Below, piece after piece: positions 29,149-40,539 of a stretch of DNA of 64,000 nt (the stretch's first letter is position 1; every line of letters begins with the position of its first letter). This DNA is from an uncultured Spirochaetota bacterium (GTDB lineage: Bacteria; Spirochaetota; Spirochaetia; SZUA-6; Fen-1364): positions 640,001-704,000 of the forward strand of contig CAVTHO010000008.1 of the NCBI GenBank assembly GCA_963734545.1, read 5' to 3'. A program made the translations under genes and the position numbers. The notes under the pieces were generated by a model. It was not told where the DNA came from and did no database searches. It saw only the letters and a list, made by a program, of their open reading frames with translations.

Positions 29149-29961
29149 ATGATTCCCATATGGAAGGCACGCGGGCTGCTCGTGGCCGCGTCGCTGCTCG
29201 TTGTTGCGGGCGGCACGGCCATACGGGCTGATGAGAAATCACTGCCGGGCGTCTGGAACGGAGTAGGAATCGAGGAGCACCTCGGCTCTTTCGTTCCGCT
29301 GGATGCCAGTTTTAGGACGGATGAAGGCGCCCCGGTCACGCTGCGGGACCTGGTCCGCACGCCGACCATCCTCGCCCTCGTCTACTTCAGGTGCCCGAAC
29401 GCCTGCGACTATCTCCTCACCAGCATGGCAGGCGTGATAGGCCGGCTGCCCGCTGTTCCGATCAAGGATTACCGTGTCGTTACCATGACGATTGACGAGC
29501 ATGAGACCCTGGCGGACGCCCGCAAGGCCAAGAGGATCGGACTCGAGTCCATCGAAGCCCCCTTCCCGCCGGAGGCATGGCAATTCCTGACGGGAGATGC
29601 AGAGAACATCCGGAAAGTGGCCGATGCGGTGGGATTCCACTATGTAAGAAATGGCGACGACTTCGACCACCCCCTGGGTCTCGTGATCCTTTCCCCCCAG
29701 GGAAAAATCGTCCGCTACATGACGGGGACGGATTTCCTGCCCGTGGATCTGAAGATGTCTCTCATGGAGGCATCAACGGGCACGGTGGGACCGACAATCG
29801 CCAAGGTCATGCGGTTCTGCTTCAGCTATGATCCGCAGAATCACAAGTTCGTCTTCAATATTCTCAAGATCACCGCGAGCTTCACGCTCATAGTCGCTCT
29901 TGGCCTTGTCCTCTATCTTCTCCTGGCAGGCCGGAAGCGCCGCACAGCAGGGAGGGTTTGA
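29149..29961 (+). CDS. SCO1/SenC copper chaperone
   Basis: YFRCPNAC (CxxxC), WQFLTGD and FDHP; C-terminal TM. Confidence 0.92.
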   Translation: MIPIWKARGLLVAASLLVVAGGTAIRADEKSLPGVWNGVGIEEHLGSFVPLDASFRTDEGAPVTLRDLVRTPTILALVYFRCPNACDYLLTSMAGVIGRLPAVPIKDYRVVTMTIDEHETLADARKAKRIGLESIEAPFPPEAWQFLTGDAENIRKVADAVGFHYVRNGDDFDHPLGLVILSPQGKIVRYMTGTDFLPVDLKMSLMEASTGTVGPTIAKVMRFCFSYDPQNHKFVFNILKITASFTLIVALGLVLYLLLAGRKRRTAGRV

Positions 29962-29964
29962 CGA

Positions 29965-31607
29965 ATGGCGTCTCACGCTGAGGCCGCCCACCACGCGGTG
30001 GGCCCTTGGTATCTCGATAACGGGAAGCGGCCGGGCATCCGGGGCTTCATCACCTCGACCAATCACAAGCGCATCGGGATCCTGTACCTGGTGGCGGTGC
30101 TGAGCTTCTTCACCGTGGCCGTGATCCTGGGCGTCCTCATGCGCATCCAGATGCTCTCCCCGGACAGCAAGTTCCTCTCCGGGCAGATGTACAACTCGAT
30201 CTTCACCCTGCACGGGATCATCATGGTCTTCCTCGTGGTCATCCCCGGCATCCCGACGATCTTCGGCAATTTCTTCCTGCCCATCCTGATCGGCGGAGAA
30301 GACATGGCCTTCCCGCGGTTGAACCTTTTCTCGTGGTACCTGTACATGCTCGGCGCTGCCGTGGTCCTGGGCTCCATCCTCTTTGCCCAGGGCGCGGTGG
30401 ACACGGGCTGGACCTTCTACGTGCCCTACAGCCTCAAGACCACGGTGGACGTGCCGCTCGCCGTCTTCGGCGTGTTCCTGCTGGGCATGTCCTCCATCCT
30501 CACCGGGCTGAACATCGTGACCACCACGCACATGATGCGCGCCCCCGGCATGACCTTCTTCCGCATGCCCCTCTCCGTCTGGGGCCTGTACTCCACCGCG
30601 TGGGTGCAGGTCCTTGCCACGCCGGTCATCGGGATCACGATGGTGCTCATCCTCCTGGAGCGCGTCTTCGGCATCGGGGTATTCGACCCGTCCAAGGGCG
30701 GGGATCCCCTCCTCTACCAGCACCTCTTCTGGATCTACTCCCACCCGGCGGTCTACATCATGATCCTGCCCGCCATGGGCATCATCTCCGACCTGTTCCC
30801 CGTGTTCTCCCGCAAGAACATCTTCGGCTACAAGACCATCGCGTTCTCCAGCCTCGCCATCGCCAGCGTCGGCTCCCTCGTGTGGGGACACCACATGTAC
30901 GTGAGCGGCCAGAGCGACACGGCCAGCATCATCTTCTCGCTCCTCACGTTCCTCGTCGCCATCCCCAGCGCAATCAAGGTGTTCAACTGGGTGGCCACGA
31001 TGTACAAGGGCTCGGTCAAGGTCGACCCGCCGTTCCTCTACGCGCTGGGTTTCATCGCCCTGTTCTCCATCGGCGGTCTCACCGGGCTGGTGCTGGGAGC
31101 GCTCTCCACGGACGTGCATACGCATGACACGTATTTCGTGGTCGGTCACTTCCACTACATCATCTTCGGCGGCATGGGCTTCGGGTTGTTCGCCGCCCTG
31201 CACTACTGGTTTCCCAAGATGTTCGGCAAGACCTACAACTACAAGATCGCCACCGTGGCTTTCATCGTGCTGTTCGTCGGTTTCAACCTCTTCTACATGA
31301 CCATGCTCATCCTGGGGTGGGCGGGCATGCCTCGGCGCTACTACTCGTACCTCCCGCAATTCACGGATCTGCAGGTGATCGCCACCGTGGGCTCGTGGAT
31401 CATGGTGGCGGGCCTCGGCATGATGTTCGGCAACCTGCTGTATGCGCTCTTCAGGGGAAAGAAGGCGGAAGCCGATCCCTGGGGCGGGAGCACGCTGGAG
31501 TGGCAGATCCCCTCTCCGCCCCGCGCGGAGAACTTCGAGACGCCCCGGTCATCACGCACGGCCCGTACGTGTTCCCCCGGAAGACCGGCAAGGAGAAGAA
31601 GGAATAG
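29965..31607 (+). CDS. ctaD: Heme-copper cytochrome c oxidase subunit I, A2 type (frameshift near the 3' end)
   Basis: HKRIGILY, FTLHG, WIYSHPAVYI (YS motif), WGHHM, VVGHFHY and GMPRRY. Confidence 0.95.
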
Positions 31608-31608
31608 C

Positions 31609-32210
31609 ATGGAAACCCGCGAGCACAGCGTCGGCTCACGGATCGGCATGTGGCTGTTCCTCCTCTCGGAGATCCTGCTCTTCGGGGGTCTGTTCCTTTT
31701 GTACGCCGTCTACCGGGCCAAGCACCCCGGGGACTTCCACGCGGCGTCCCTGGAGCTGAGCAGGTTCGACGGCACGCTCAACACGGCCATCCTCCTCACC
31801 TCGAGCCTCACCGCGGTAATCGCGGTCTTCTCCCTGCAGGAGCTGAACAAGCCGAAGCGCACGATGTTCTTTCTCGGCGCCACCATCGCGTTCGGCCTCG
31901 CCTTCCTGGTGGTCAAGGCATTCGAATGGACGGCGAAGTTCGAGCACGGCCTGTACCCCAACGCGGCCGAGCTGATGAGGAGGCCGCACGGGAGAGATCC
32001 TCTACTTCGGCCTGTACTTCACGATGACGGGTCTGCACGCGCTGCACGTGATCATCGGCATGACCGTCCTGTCCGTCATCCTCGCATTCGTCGTCCGGGG
32101 CAAGGCCACCCAGGAACGCTCGGCGATCCCTGGAGAACGCGGGGCTGTACTGGCACCTTGTGGACATCATCTGGATATTCCTCTTCCCGTTGTTCTACCT
32201 GATCTCCTAG
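31609..32210 (+). CDS. ctaE: Cytochrome c oxidase subunit III, frameshifted
   Basis: [26 protein letters not shown] and [18 protein letters not shown]. Confidence 0.9.
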
Positions 32211-32213
32211 GAG

Positions 32214-32486
32214 GTGAGGATCTTGGCATACGCGCGCTACATATACATCTGGGTGGCCCTGCTCGTGCTCACGGCAATCACGGTGACCACGGCGAGCCTG
32301 AACTTCGGACGGATCGGCATCCTCGTGGTCCTCGCCATTGCCGCGGTCAAGTCCACCCTGGTGCTTCTGTACTTCATGCACCTGAGCTCGGAGAAGCGGC
32401 TTCTCCTGAAGCTCCTGGTCCCGATCGCCATCTGCACCCTGGCCATCTTCATCGGGCTCACGTACACCGACGTCCTGTACAGGTAG
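32214..32486 (+). CDS. ctaF: Cytochrome c oxidase subunit IV
   Basis: Three TMs; IAAVKSTLVLLYFMHL. Confidence 0.88.
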   Translation: MRILAYARYIYIWVALLVLTAITVTTASLNFGRIGILVVLAIAAVKSTLVLLYFMHLSSEKRLLLKLLVPIAICTLAIFIGLTYTDVLYR

Positions 32487-32501
32487 CGAGGGAGGAGGAA
32501 C

Positions 32502-33431
32502 ATGCCGGTGAACACCACCGCGGCGGTCGACAGCACGTTCATCTACATCATGGTGTTCTGCTTCCTGCTGTTCGCCATCATCATGTTTCTCACGCTGTAC
32601 TTCGTCGTGCGCTACCGCCGCAGCCGCAACCCGAGTCCTTCGGACATCTCGGGCAACTGCGATCGTGGAGACCATCTGGATTGCCGCGTCGGTGGTCCTG
32701 GCCCTCGGCATGTTCTTCTACGGCCTCACCTGCTTTCAAGTTCCTCCGCACGGCTCCGGCCGATTCGATGGACGTGAAGGTCACGGCGCGGCAGTGGTCA
32801 TGGCTCTTCACCTACGAGAACGGGAGGAAGAGCACCGACCTCGTGGTGCCGCAGGGGAAGAACGTGGCGCTCAACATGAAGTCCGTGGACGTGATCCACG
32901 GGTTCTTCGTGCCCGCGTACCGGATCAAGCAGGACGTCGCTGCCGAGCATGACCACGCACGTGTGGTTCAAGGCCGCGGACCTGGGCACCTTCGACATCC
33001 TCTGCACGCAGTACTGCGGGCTGCAGCACTCGAAGATGCTGAGCCAGGTCTTCGTGGTTCCTGCCGCGGACTTCGACAAGTGGTACGCGGGAGAGGACGT
33101 CGACATTCCGGGGCTCACCTCGCAGGCTGAGAAAGAGGAAGACACCGGTGTCGCCCTCCTGCGCCAGAACGGATGCCTGGACTGCCACAGTCTCGACGGC
33201 AGGAAGCTCGTCGGGCCGACGTTCAAGGGTTTGTCCGGCAGCACCGTGGAGGTGCTCACCGGCGGCAGGAGGCACAGCCTGAAAGCGGACGAGGCGTACC
33301 TCGCCCGCTCGATCGTGGACCCGGGCGCCGATGTCGTGGTGGGATTCAGCAACATCATGCCGGCGGGCAAGGGGACGTACAGCGACGCGCAGCTTCACGA
33401 GATGGTCGAGGCCATTGCGGGAGCCGATTAA
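32502..33431 (+). CDS. ctaC: Cytochrome c oxidase subunit II with fused cytochrome c (caa3-type), frameshifted
   Basis: ARQWSW, DVIHGFFVP, CTQYCGLQHSKM (CuA) and CLDCH heme c. Confidence 0.9.
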
Positions 33432-33510
33432 CGCAGAATCCGCAGGGGCGGGGCTCGCTCAAGTACATCCCTGTACTCGCTCGCCCTCGGCATCCATAGG
33501 GCGGCAGGCG
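33432..33510. repeat. Composite intergenic repeat: short family-1 hairpin plus a family-2 segment shared with 63.7-63.95 kb
   Basis: GCAGAAT-CCGC-AGGG-GCGG. Reverse complement of 33451-33489 matches 63777-63815 at 32/39; CATAGGGCGGCAGG is shared 14/14. Confidence 0.75.
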
Positions 33511-33534
33511 GGCTTGCCCGCCGAGAGCCCATGC

Positions 33535-35733
33535 CTACGCTAGTTGGCCGGGCCGGGCGGCCGGGGCTTCCAGCGGTCTCTTCTGAACGCCGAAAAAAGA
33601 CAGCGCCGCGTCCCGGGGGTCCGCGTCCCGGTAGAGAAATGCATACATCACCGACGAAACGAGGATCTTGCGTATATACTGGCGCGTTTCGGCGATGGGC
33701 AATGATTCGACAAAAAGATCGGCGGAAAGACCCCTTGCCGCCCTTTCCCACTGACGCAGGCGGGTGAGCCCGGCGTTGTAGGAGACCAGCGCCTTTGTCG
33801 GGCTGTCCACCCGGGACATCAGGTCTTTCAGGTGGCGCACGCCTATCGCAAGGTTCGTCGCAGGATCGCGGAGATCCGGATCCGTCATGCGCATCCTTAC
33901 GGCCACAGAGGCGGCCGTTGCCGGCATGAGCTGGGAAAGCCCGACCGCGCCGGCGCTCGACACGACGTCGGCATCGAAATAGCTTTCCTCGCGCACGAGG
34001 CCGTAGAGAATGTGGTCGGGGATACCCGCCCCGGCGGCCAATGGCTCGATGAGGTTTCCAAAGGCTTTCGGGTAGAAGAGCTGCAGCTCATCGAGTGTGA
34101 GCCTGCGCCTGCGCGCAATGGTGCCCACAAGATACATCGAGCTCCTCGTGTCTCCTGCCAGAGCGAATCGACGCGCGGCCTCCCGGAGCTGCCCTGCCGA
34201 GAGACTCTCACGGCCCGGCCAGATCCTGCTGTATGCCTGCTGCGTCAGGCCGAAGGGAAGGAAGCCCATGACAAGGGGGTCCAAAACCGCCTTGTTCTCC
34301 GCCTCCTCCGGCGGCGCTGCAGGAACGGCGCGGTCGGGGAGCTCGCCCAGCAGGCTCGAGGCCAGTATGCCGTAGTATCCCGTGGGATTCCTGCGGGCGG
34401 AATCGACAAACAGCTCGCGCGCGGAAATGGAAGGCACGCCCGGCAGCCTCGCCAGCTCGCCCTCCTGCCACGCGCGCGCCAGTACATAGGAAAGCTGCGC
34501 GCGCACGTCGTCGGGCCCGGTCGTGTCCAGCACGCGCCAGAGCTCGATCAGCATCTTCCAGTCTCTTGCTGCCACGAAGTCCGCAACCTTGTCTTCCAGC
34601 AGGGAAGAGAAGTAGCCGGGATCGCGCCAGGAAGCTGTCTCGGATCTGATCTGGGAGACGAGGTCGGATCGGTTCGTGTCCAGCAGAACATCCAGGATGT
34701 ACCAGTGGGCCCGCTCGCGCTGACCCAGGGTGGGCGCCTCGGCAGCCACTGCCCGGAGGTCTGAAAGCGCATGCGTGTAATCCCGGACGCGCCGGTAAAG
34801 CCTTCCCGCCTGCTCGCGCGCATCCACGCTCGCCTGGCCGGTGAGCCGCCCGGCGAGCGTCTCCATGAACCTCGCGCCCGCGGCCTGCCGGCCGGCAGAG
34901 CCGTACGCATTCCCGAGGTCGATCACCAGTGCCCCGTCGGCGACTTTCGAGGGCTCGATGGCGCTCAGCACGCCCTCCATGAGAGGGAGCCCGCCGTCCC
35001 AGTCCCCCTGCACGAATGCATTCTTGGCGGCAATCAGGTCGCGCTCCAGCGGGGAGAAAAGCTGCAGGTACTCCGGTGCCGCCGTCAGGAAGGTAGAGAT
35101 CCTCCCGTGCAGTGACGAGGCCCTTTCCCTGACAAAAAGCTGCATCACGAGGTCATGCGCGGAGGGCAGCTGCAGGCGCAGGGAGCTCACGGCACGAAAC
35201 AGCAGGACCTCGGGATCCGGATTCTGGAGGAGCGCGGCTTCCTGGAGCACGGCCGCATCGTCCTTGTTCCAGTACAGTCCCTCCACGAGGACCCTCCGTG
35301 CGTTCTGCTCCATGTCCCCGGACCGGGAAGACGAAAGAAGACGCCGCGCCACGGCGATGGCCTTGTCGTAGCTGTTCTGGGCAAGGTATCTCTGGCCAAG
35401 GAGAAGCCCCGCTTCCTCCTTCCAGGGGCCCGGGCTTCTGCTCCACGCCAGCTCGAGCATTCGCAGCGCCTGGGAAGGCCGGGCGATGGAATCGAATACG
35501 AACGAAAGGTAGTACGGCGCTTCGGGTGAGATGGAAAGCGCATCGGCGGGGTCCTGGGAGGCAAAGTCCACCGTGGCCAGGGACTGGTAGTCGGCCCGCG
35601 CAAGACCTGCCTTCAGCTCGTCTTCGGGCAGTCCCCAGACCTCCCGCGCGCCGCATCCCGCGGCAAGAAGGGGGAGAGCGATCAGGGCGATCAGGATTTC
35701 AATTCTCAGGTATGGTGATCCGTGTGCCCGCAA
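33535..35733 (-). CDS. Soluble lytic transglycosylase (Slt70-like) lipoprotein
   Basis: Lipobox LLAAGC; TPR-like helices; VREESYF, SSAGAVGLSQLMPATA, SYNAG and ETRQY. Confidence 0.92.
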   Translation of the reverse strand: MRAHGSPYLRIEILIALIALPLLAAGCGAREVWGLPEDELKAGLARADYQSLATVDFASQDPADALSISPEAPYYLSFVFDSIARPSQALRMLELAWSRSPGPWKEEAGLLLGQRYLAQNSYDKAIAVARRLLSSSRSGDMEQNARRVLVEGLYWNKDDAAVLQEAALLQNPDPEVLLFRAVSSLRLQLPSAHDLVMQLFVRERASSLHGRISTFLTAAPEYLQLFSPLERDLIAAKNAFVQGDWDGGLPLMEGVLSAIEPSKVADGALVIDLGNAYGSAGRQAAGARFMETLAGRLTGQASVDAREQAGRLYRRVRDYTHALSDLRAVAAEAPTLGQRERAHWYILDVLLDTNRSDLVSQIRSETASWRDPGYFSSLLEDKVADFVAARDWKMLIELWRVLDTTGPDDVRAQLSYVLARAWQEGELARLPGVPSISARELFVDSARRNPTGYYGILASSLLGELPDRAVPAAPPEEAENKAVLDPLVMGFLPFGLTQQAYSRIWPGRESLSAGQLREAARRFALAGDTRSSMYLVGTIARRRRLTLDELQLFYPKAFGNLIEPLAAGAGIPDHILYGLVREESYFDADVVSSAGAVGLSQLMPATAASVAVRMRMTDPDLRDPATNLAIGVRHLKDLMSRVDSPTKALVSYNAGLTRLRQWERAARGLSADLFVESLPIAETRQYIRKILVSSVMYAFLYRDADPRDAALSFFGVQKRPLEAPAARPGQLA

Positions 35734-36601
35734 AAATCAGATCCGGATTCTTGATGGAATTGGCCTTGGCCAGCTTGGGGTACAGCCACGGGTTGCGGTA
35801 GTAGGTAGCCGATATGTCCCACAGCGTGTCGCCGTTCTTGATCCTGTAAGTGACTCCGCCCGCCGGCTTTGACGGCGTCGGCGCGGCGGGAGCAGCGGCC
35901 TGCGGGGCAGGCGCCACGGGAGCCGGCTGCGCGGCAGGAGCAGGCTGCGCCACGGGCTCGGGCTGCGGTGAAGGCGCCTGCGCGGCGGGCGCTGTTGCCG
36001 CGCCTGTCGTGCCAAGTGAAGGCGCGTGCGGTCCCGAAATGCTTCTGTAGACGAAGTATGCGATGGCCGCCACGAGCAGCACGCCGAAGATCACGAAGAG
36101 AACCAGGAGCAGGATATTAGGACCCTTGGCGTGCACGCGCTCCCGTCTGCGATCCTCTTGGGTCACCGGGTAGCTCTCACCGGTGAGAGGCGGCTCCTCG
36201 AAGTCCGCTCTTCCCGTCGGGGTGTCCTCCACCTCGAATTCAGGCTCCTCGTACGTGTCTTCCGCGGAAAGCGTCGTAATGGTGGTCGAGAATTTCTGCG
36301 ATTCACCGGTCCGGTTGTCACTGGCCCGGGCGGAAAGCTGCCCATCGTCGTCAATGCCGAGGAGAAGCTCGATCTCCGGTTCACCCTGGGAAGCCGGGGG
36401 AATGTTCTCGATGATCAGGCTGCCGATGTAGTGGGCCTCGGACAGGGTCGTGCCGTTTCCACGGTACAGGTCGATCTGGACTTTGCCCTGATTTTTCTTG
36501 GCGGTGGTCAGGGTGAGCTTCTTCGTGCCCGTGAAGCCGTGCTCGAGGACAGGGTAGTAGGATCCGTCTGCGACCTTGATTCCGATCGTCGAATCGCCCA
36601 A
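35699..36601 (-). CDS. DnaK/Hsp70 substrate-binding-domain-like / TM / LysM protein
   Basis: N-terminus NQGKVQIDLYRG...IPPASQGEPEIEL..IDDDGQLS aligns with the DnaK SBD-beta; one TM; Pro/Ala linker; YRIKNGDTLWDIS...NPDLIFAG (LysM). Confidence 0.85.
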   Translation of the reverse strand: MGDSTIGIKVADGSYYPVLEHGFTGTKKLTLTTAKKNQGKVQIDLYRGNGTTLSEAHYIGSLIIENIPPASQGEPEIELLLGIDDDGQLSARASDNRTGESQKFSTTITTLSAEDTYEEPEFEVEDTPTGRADFEEPPLTGESYPVTQEDRRRERVHAKGPNILLLVLFVIFGVLLVAAIAYFVYRSISGPHAPSLGTTGAATAPAAQAPSPQPEPVAQPAPAAQPAPVAPAPQAAAPAAPTPSKPAGGVTYRIKNGDTLWDISATYYRNPWLYPKLAKANSIKNPDLIFAGTRITIPEN

Positions 36602-36626
36602 ACCTCAGGCTCCCCCTAACAAAAAA

Positions 36627-36655
36627 ATCCTACCCTGCCGCCGGCCATTTGTCAA
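36627..36655 (-). promoter_or_regulatory. Promoter for the LysM-SLT gene pair
   Basis: TTGACA-N17-TAGGAT on the minus strand. Confidence 0.65.
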
Positions 36656-37316
36656 TAACGGGACGGGGCAAGAATGGCCAGGCAGCGTTCCTCCTGCAGG
36701 AACGGTGTATGGAGAGGCCGCAACTCGAGGCTGAAACGCCCGGGCATGAGGCGGTCGACCTCTTCGAACTCCTCCCGCGCGCGCTCTTGTTTTCCCTTGT
36801 AGGCAGCGATCGTCCGCCAGTGTATGGCACTGCGCCCGATGTCCTCCAGCAACCGGCCCAGCGGCGCCACGGCCCGGAAGGTCACGACGTCGAACTCTCC
36901 TGTCATTACGGCCAGGTCGCTCCGGGCGACTTTCACCCGCGAAAGACCCAGGAGGATCGCGCAGGTCTCCAGAAATACGGCCCTGCGCGTCATGCGCTCC
37001 AGGAGCATGAAGGTCGTATCCGGCAGCGCGACAGCCAGGGGGATGCCCGGAAAACCGGCGCCCGAGCCCACGTCGAGCACGGCTCCCGATGCAGACACCG
37101 CCTCGCGCAGGGCTGTCCACGCGGAGAGGGAATCCAGCACGTGTTTGACGATGAGCTCCGCCTCCCGTCGTACTTCACCAGCCCGAACCGCGGGTTCCAG
37201 CGCTCGATCTCGGCGATGTATTTTTCCAGCAGGGCCTGCGCCGGTTCTGCAGGCGCGATCCCGAGCTGCGCCAGGCCCTCGCGAAGCACCACGGCGGGAT
37301 CTGCGGGAGCGCTCAT
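36652..37316 (-). CDS. rsmG: 16S rRNA m7G527 methyltransferase, frameshifted
   Basis: [26 protein letters not shown] and FDVVTFRA; follows mnmG. Confidence 0.92.
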
Positions 37317-39187
37317 GAGCCGCCTTTCCTGAGGTGGAGCATGAGCACCGCGATGTCCGGGGGCCGCACGCCGGGGATGCGCGAGGCCTGGCCCACGGAG
37401 GCGGGTCGTATCCGTTTGAGCTTCTCCCCGGCTTCGGAGGAGACCCCGGTCAGGGAATCCCAGTTGAACCCCGCGGAATGCGCTTCTCCTCCATGCCGCG
37501 GAACCGTCCCACCAGCTCGTCCTGGCGCCGGATGTAGCCCTCGTATTTCACCTCGCACTCGGCCAGGTCGAGCCATTCGGGCGGAGCGCCGCAAAGGACG
37601 GGTCACGGAGGGCCAGCGCGGCAATCGAAAGCTTCGGGTCCTTCAGCGCCTGCTCGAAGCTCCGTCCCCTGTGCGCCTCGAGAACCGGCAGCGCGGCGGC
37701 ATCGTCGCCCGCCACCCTGCGGGTGCGCAGCAGCTCGCGGACCTCCTCGATTCCGCGGATCTTGCGCTCCAGTTTTTCCATGGCCGCGTCTGCCTGCAGG
37801 CCGATCCTGTGGCCGCGCGGGAAGAAGGCGGATGTCCGCCGTGTCGTGCCGCAGCGACAGTCGGTACTCGGCCCGGGAGGTGAAGAGGCGGTAGGGCTCC
37901 TCCGTGCCCAGCGTGACGAGGTCGTCCACCATGACGCCGATGTAGGCCTCCGCGCGTGAGAGCACCAGCGGTTCCTTTCCCTGAAGACGAAGGGCCGCGT
38001 TGATTCCCGCCAGAAGCCCCTGCGCGGCAGCCTCCTCGTATCCCGAGGTGCCGTTGGTCTGTCCCGCGACAAAGAGCCCGTCGAGACTCTTCGCCATCAG
38101 GCTGGGAAAGAGCTGGGTCGGCTGGAGATAGTCGTACTCCACCGCGTAGCCGGGCCGCACGATCTGCAGGTTCTCCAGGCCGGGAATCGTGCGCAGGAAC
38201 GCATCCTGCACGTCCTCGGGCAGCGAGGAGGAAACGCCGTTCAGGTACACCTCGTCGGTCCCGAGTCCTTCCGGCTCCACGAACACCTGGTGACGCGCCC
38301 TTTCCGGGAAATCGCACCACCTTGTCCTCGATGGACGGACAGTACCGCGGGCCCCGTCCGACGATTTTCCCTCCGTAGAGCGGCGAGCGATGGATGTTGT
38401 CCCGTGATGATGCGGTGCGTGGCGTCGTTCGTGTAGGTGATCCAGCAGGGAACGGCGGGCCGCTCCACTTTCTCGTTGGAGAATGAGAACGGCAGAGCGC
38501 GCGGGTCCGGAAGCTGTCTCTCCATGCGCGCATAGTCCAGGGACGCGCCCCAGGCCGCGCGCGGAGGTGCCTGTCTTCAGCCTGCCGACCGTGAACCCTC
38601 TGCGGCGCAGGCTCGATCCCAGGCCGACCGCGGCAGGCTCTCCCAGCCGGCCGCCCGGCGCGCTCCACTCCCCGATGAAGAGCGTGCCCTCCATGAACGT
38701 GCCCGTGGTCAGCACCACGGTCCGGGCGAATATCCGCTTGCCCCGCTCGGTGACGCACCCCTTGCACGCGCGCCGCGGCCGCATCCACGATCAGATCGGT
38801 CACCGTGTCCTGAAAGAGCGAGAGACCCTTCTGCTCCTCGAGGGTCCGCTTTGCGAGCGCCGCGTACGCCTGCTTGTCCGCCTGCGCCCGCGGCGCCTGC
38901 ACGGCCGGGCCCCGGCTCGCGTTGAGCATGCGGAACTGGATCATCGTGGCATCGATGAGCTTGCCCATCTGGCCGCCCAGCGCGTCGATCTCGCGCACGA
39001 GGTTTCCCTTGGCAATCCCGCCGATGGCGGGATTGCAGGACATCTTGCCGATGCAGTCGAGGTTCTGCGTGACCAGCAGGGTGGAGAAACCCAGCCGCGC
39101 GAGCGCGAGGGATGCCTCGATGCCGGCATGGCCCGCCGCCGATGACGATGGCATCGTAGTCGCAGGCGCGCGCGCTGATCTGTCCAC
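37313..39187 (-). CDS. mnmG: tRNA uridine 5-carboxymethylaminomethyl modification enzyme MnmG (GidA), several frameshifts
   Basis: [44 protein letters not shown] and ASRIPGVRP. Confidence 0.95.
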
Positions 39188-39188
39188 G

Positions 39189-40539
39189 CTATTTCCCCAC
39201 GCAGAAAGCGGAGAACATCCGGTCGAGCACCTCGGCGCTGGTCACCTCGCCGGTGATCTCGCCCAGCGCGTCCAGCGCGTCGGAAAGGTCCACGGCAAGG
39301 AGGTCCGGGGTGACGCCGCGGGAGCGCGCCTCCCGAAACCGGGCAAGGCCGCGAGCGCGCGCTGGATGAGGTCTTTCTGCCTCTGCGAGTCAATGAGAGG
39401 CTCTCCTGATTCCACGGTCGGTGCCGCCGAGCACCGCGTCCGCGATGGCCTTTTCCAGCCTGTCCAGCCCCTGCCCGGTGACGGCGCTCACCGCAACATA
39501 GCCGGGAGGCCCCGGCGGGACGCCCGGCAGGTCCGTCTTGTTCCACACCGGGAGAAGCGGCGCGCTCCCCGTCCAACCTGCCATGAACTGCCGATCTTCC
39601 TCCGCAACGCCCCTGCTTCCGTCCACAAGGTACACCACCGCGTCCGCGGCGCGGATCACCTCTTCGGTACGGCGCATGCCTTCGATCTCCAGCGGATCAG
39701 CGGACGGGCGCAGCCCGGCCGTGTCGAACAGGCGCACCGGTATGCCCGACAGGCTGATCATGCCCTCCAGCCAGTCGCGCGTGGTGCCGTGAATCTCCGA
39801 TACGATCGCCCTCTCCTGGCGGAGCAGGAGATTGAACAGGCTGGACTTGCCCGAGTTGGTGGCGCCGGCAATGGCGACGGCAACCCCTTCCTGGTATATC
39901 CTGCCGCGACGGTACGAACCGGTGCAGACTCTCGAGCATGCCGACGGTCGTCTCCAGCTTTGCCTCGTCGATCGTGTCCCCCGGCTCGTCTTCCGGGGAA
40001 TCGATCATCACCTCGAGCGCCGCGCGGAGCTCCACCAGGGCGTCACGGGATGCCCTGATCCTCGTCTCTATCGCGCCGGCGAGGCGCTGCAGCGCAAGGG
40101 CGCGCGCCTTGTCCGTTTTTGCCCTCACGATCTCGTTCACCGCCTCGGCCCGGGTGAGATCCATGCGGCCGTTCAGAAAAGCGCGCTGCGTGAACTCTCC
40201 CGGGCCTGCCGGGCGGAACCCCGCGCGCGTGAGAAGCGACAGCACCCTCTGGATCACCGGGAGGCCGCCGTGGCAGAAGATCTCGGCGCTGTCCTGTCCC
40301 GTGTAGCTGCGCGGCGCCTTGTAGACGGCCATCAGCACCTCGTCGACGTCTTCCTCACCGTCACGCATGACCAGCCGGTGGATCGTATGGCCTTTCATCC
40401 GCGCCGTGTCCCTGCCGCCCTTCAGAAGCCGCGAGAGGAGGGAGAGGGAGCCCGGGCCGGAAACGCGGATCACGGCGAGCGCGCTGGACACGGCAGCAGT
40501 GGCGAGAGCCGCTATGGGATCGTCGGGGGAATAGATCAC
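39189..40539 (-). CDS. mnmE: tRNA modification GTPase MnmE (TrmE), frameshifted
   Basis: DPIAALAT, GEFTQRAFLNGRMDL, GATNSGKSSL, DTAGLR and WNKTD; C-terminal FCVGK*. Confidence 0.95.

Noticed and set aside
29965-32202. Subunit I-III fusion suggested by the 745-aa ORF
   Set aside because: A frameshift near 31545 bypasses the natural stop at 31607, and subunit III has its own ATG at 31609 after a purine-rich RBS.
36652-40539. Pseudogenisation or programmed frameshifting of rsmG, mnmG and mnmE (also ftsK, cox and ABC genes)
   Set aside because: Indels are scattered through conserved genes whose motifs remain intact, with no consistent slippery site. Long-read consensus error is the simpler explanation.
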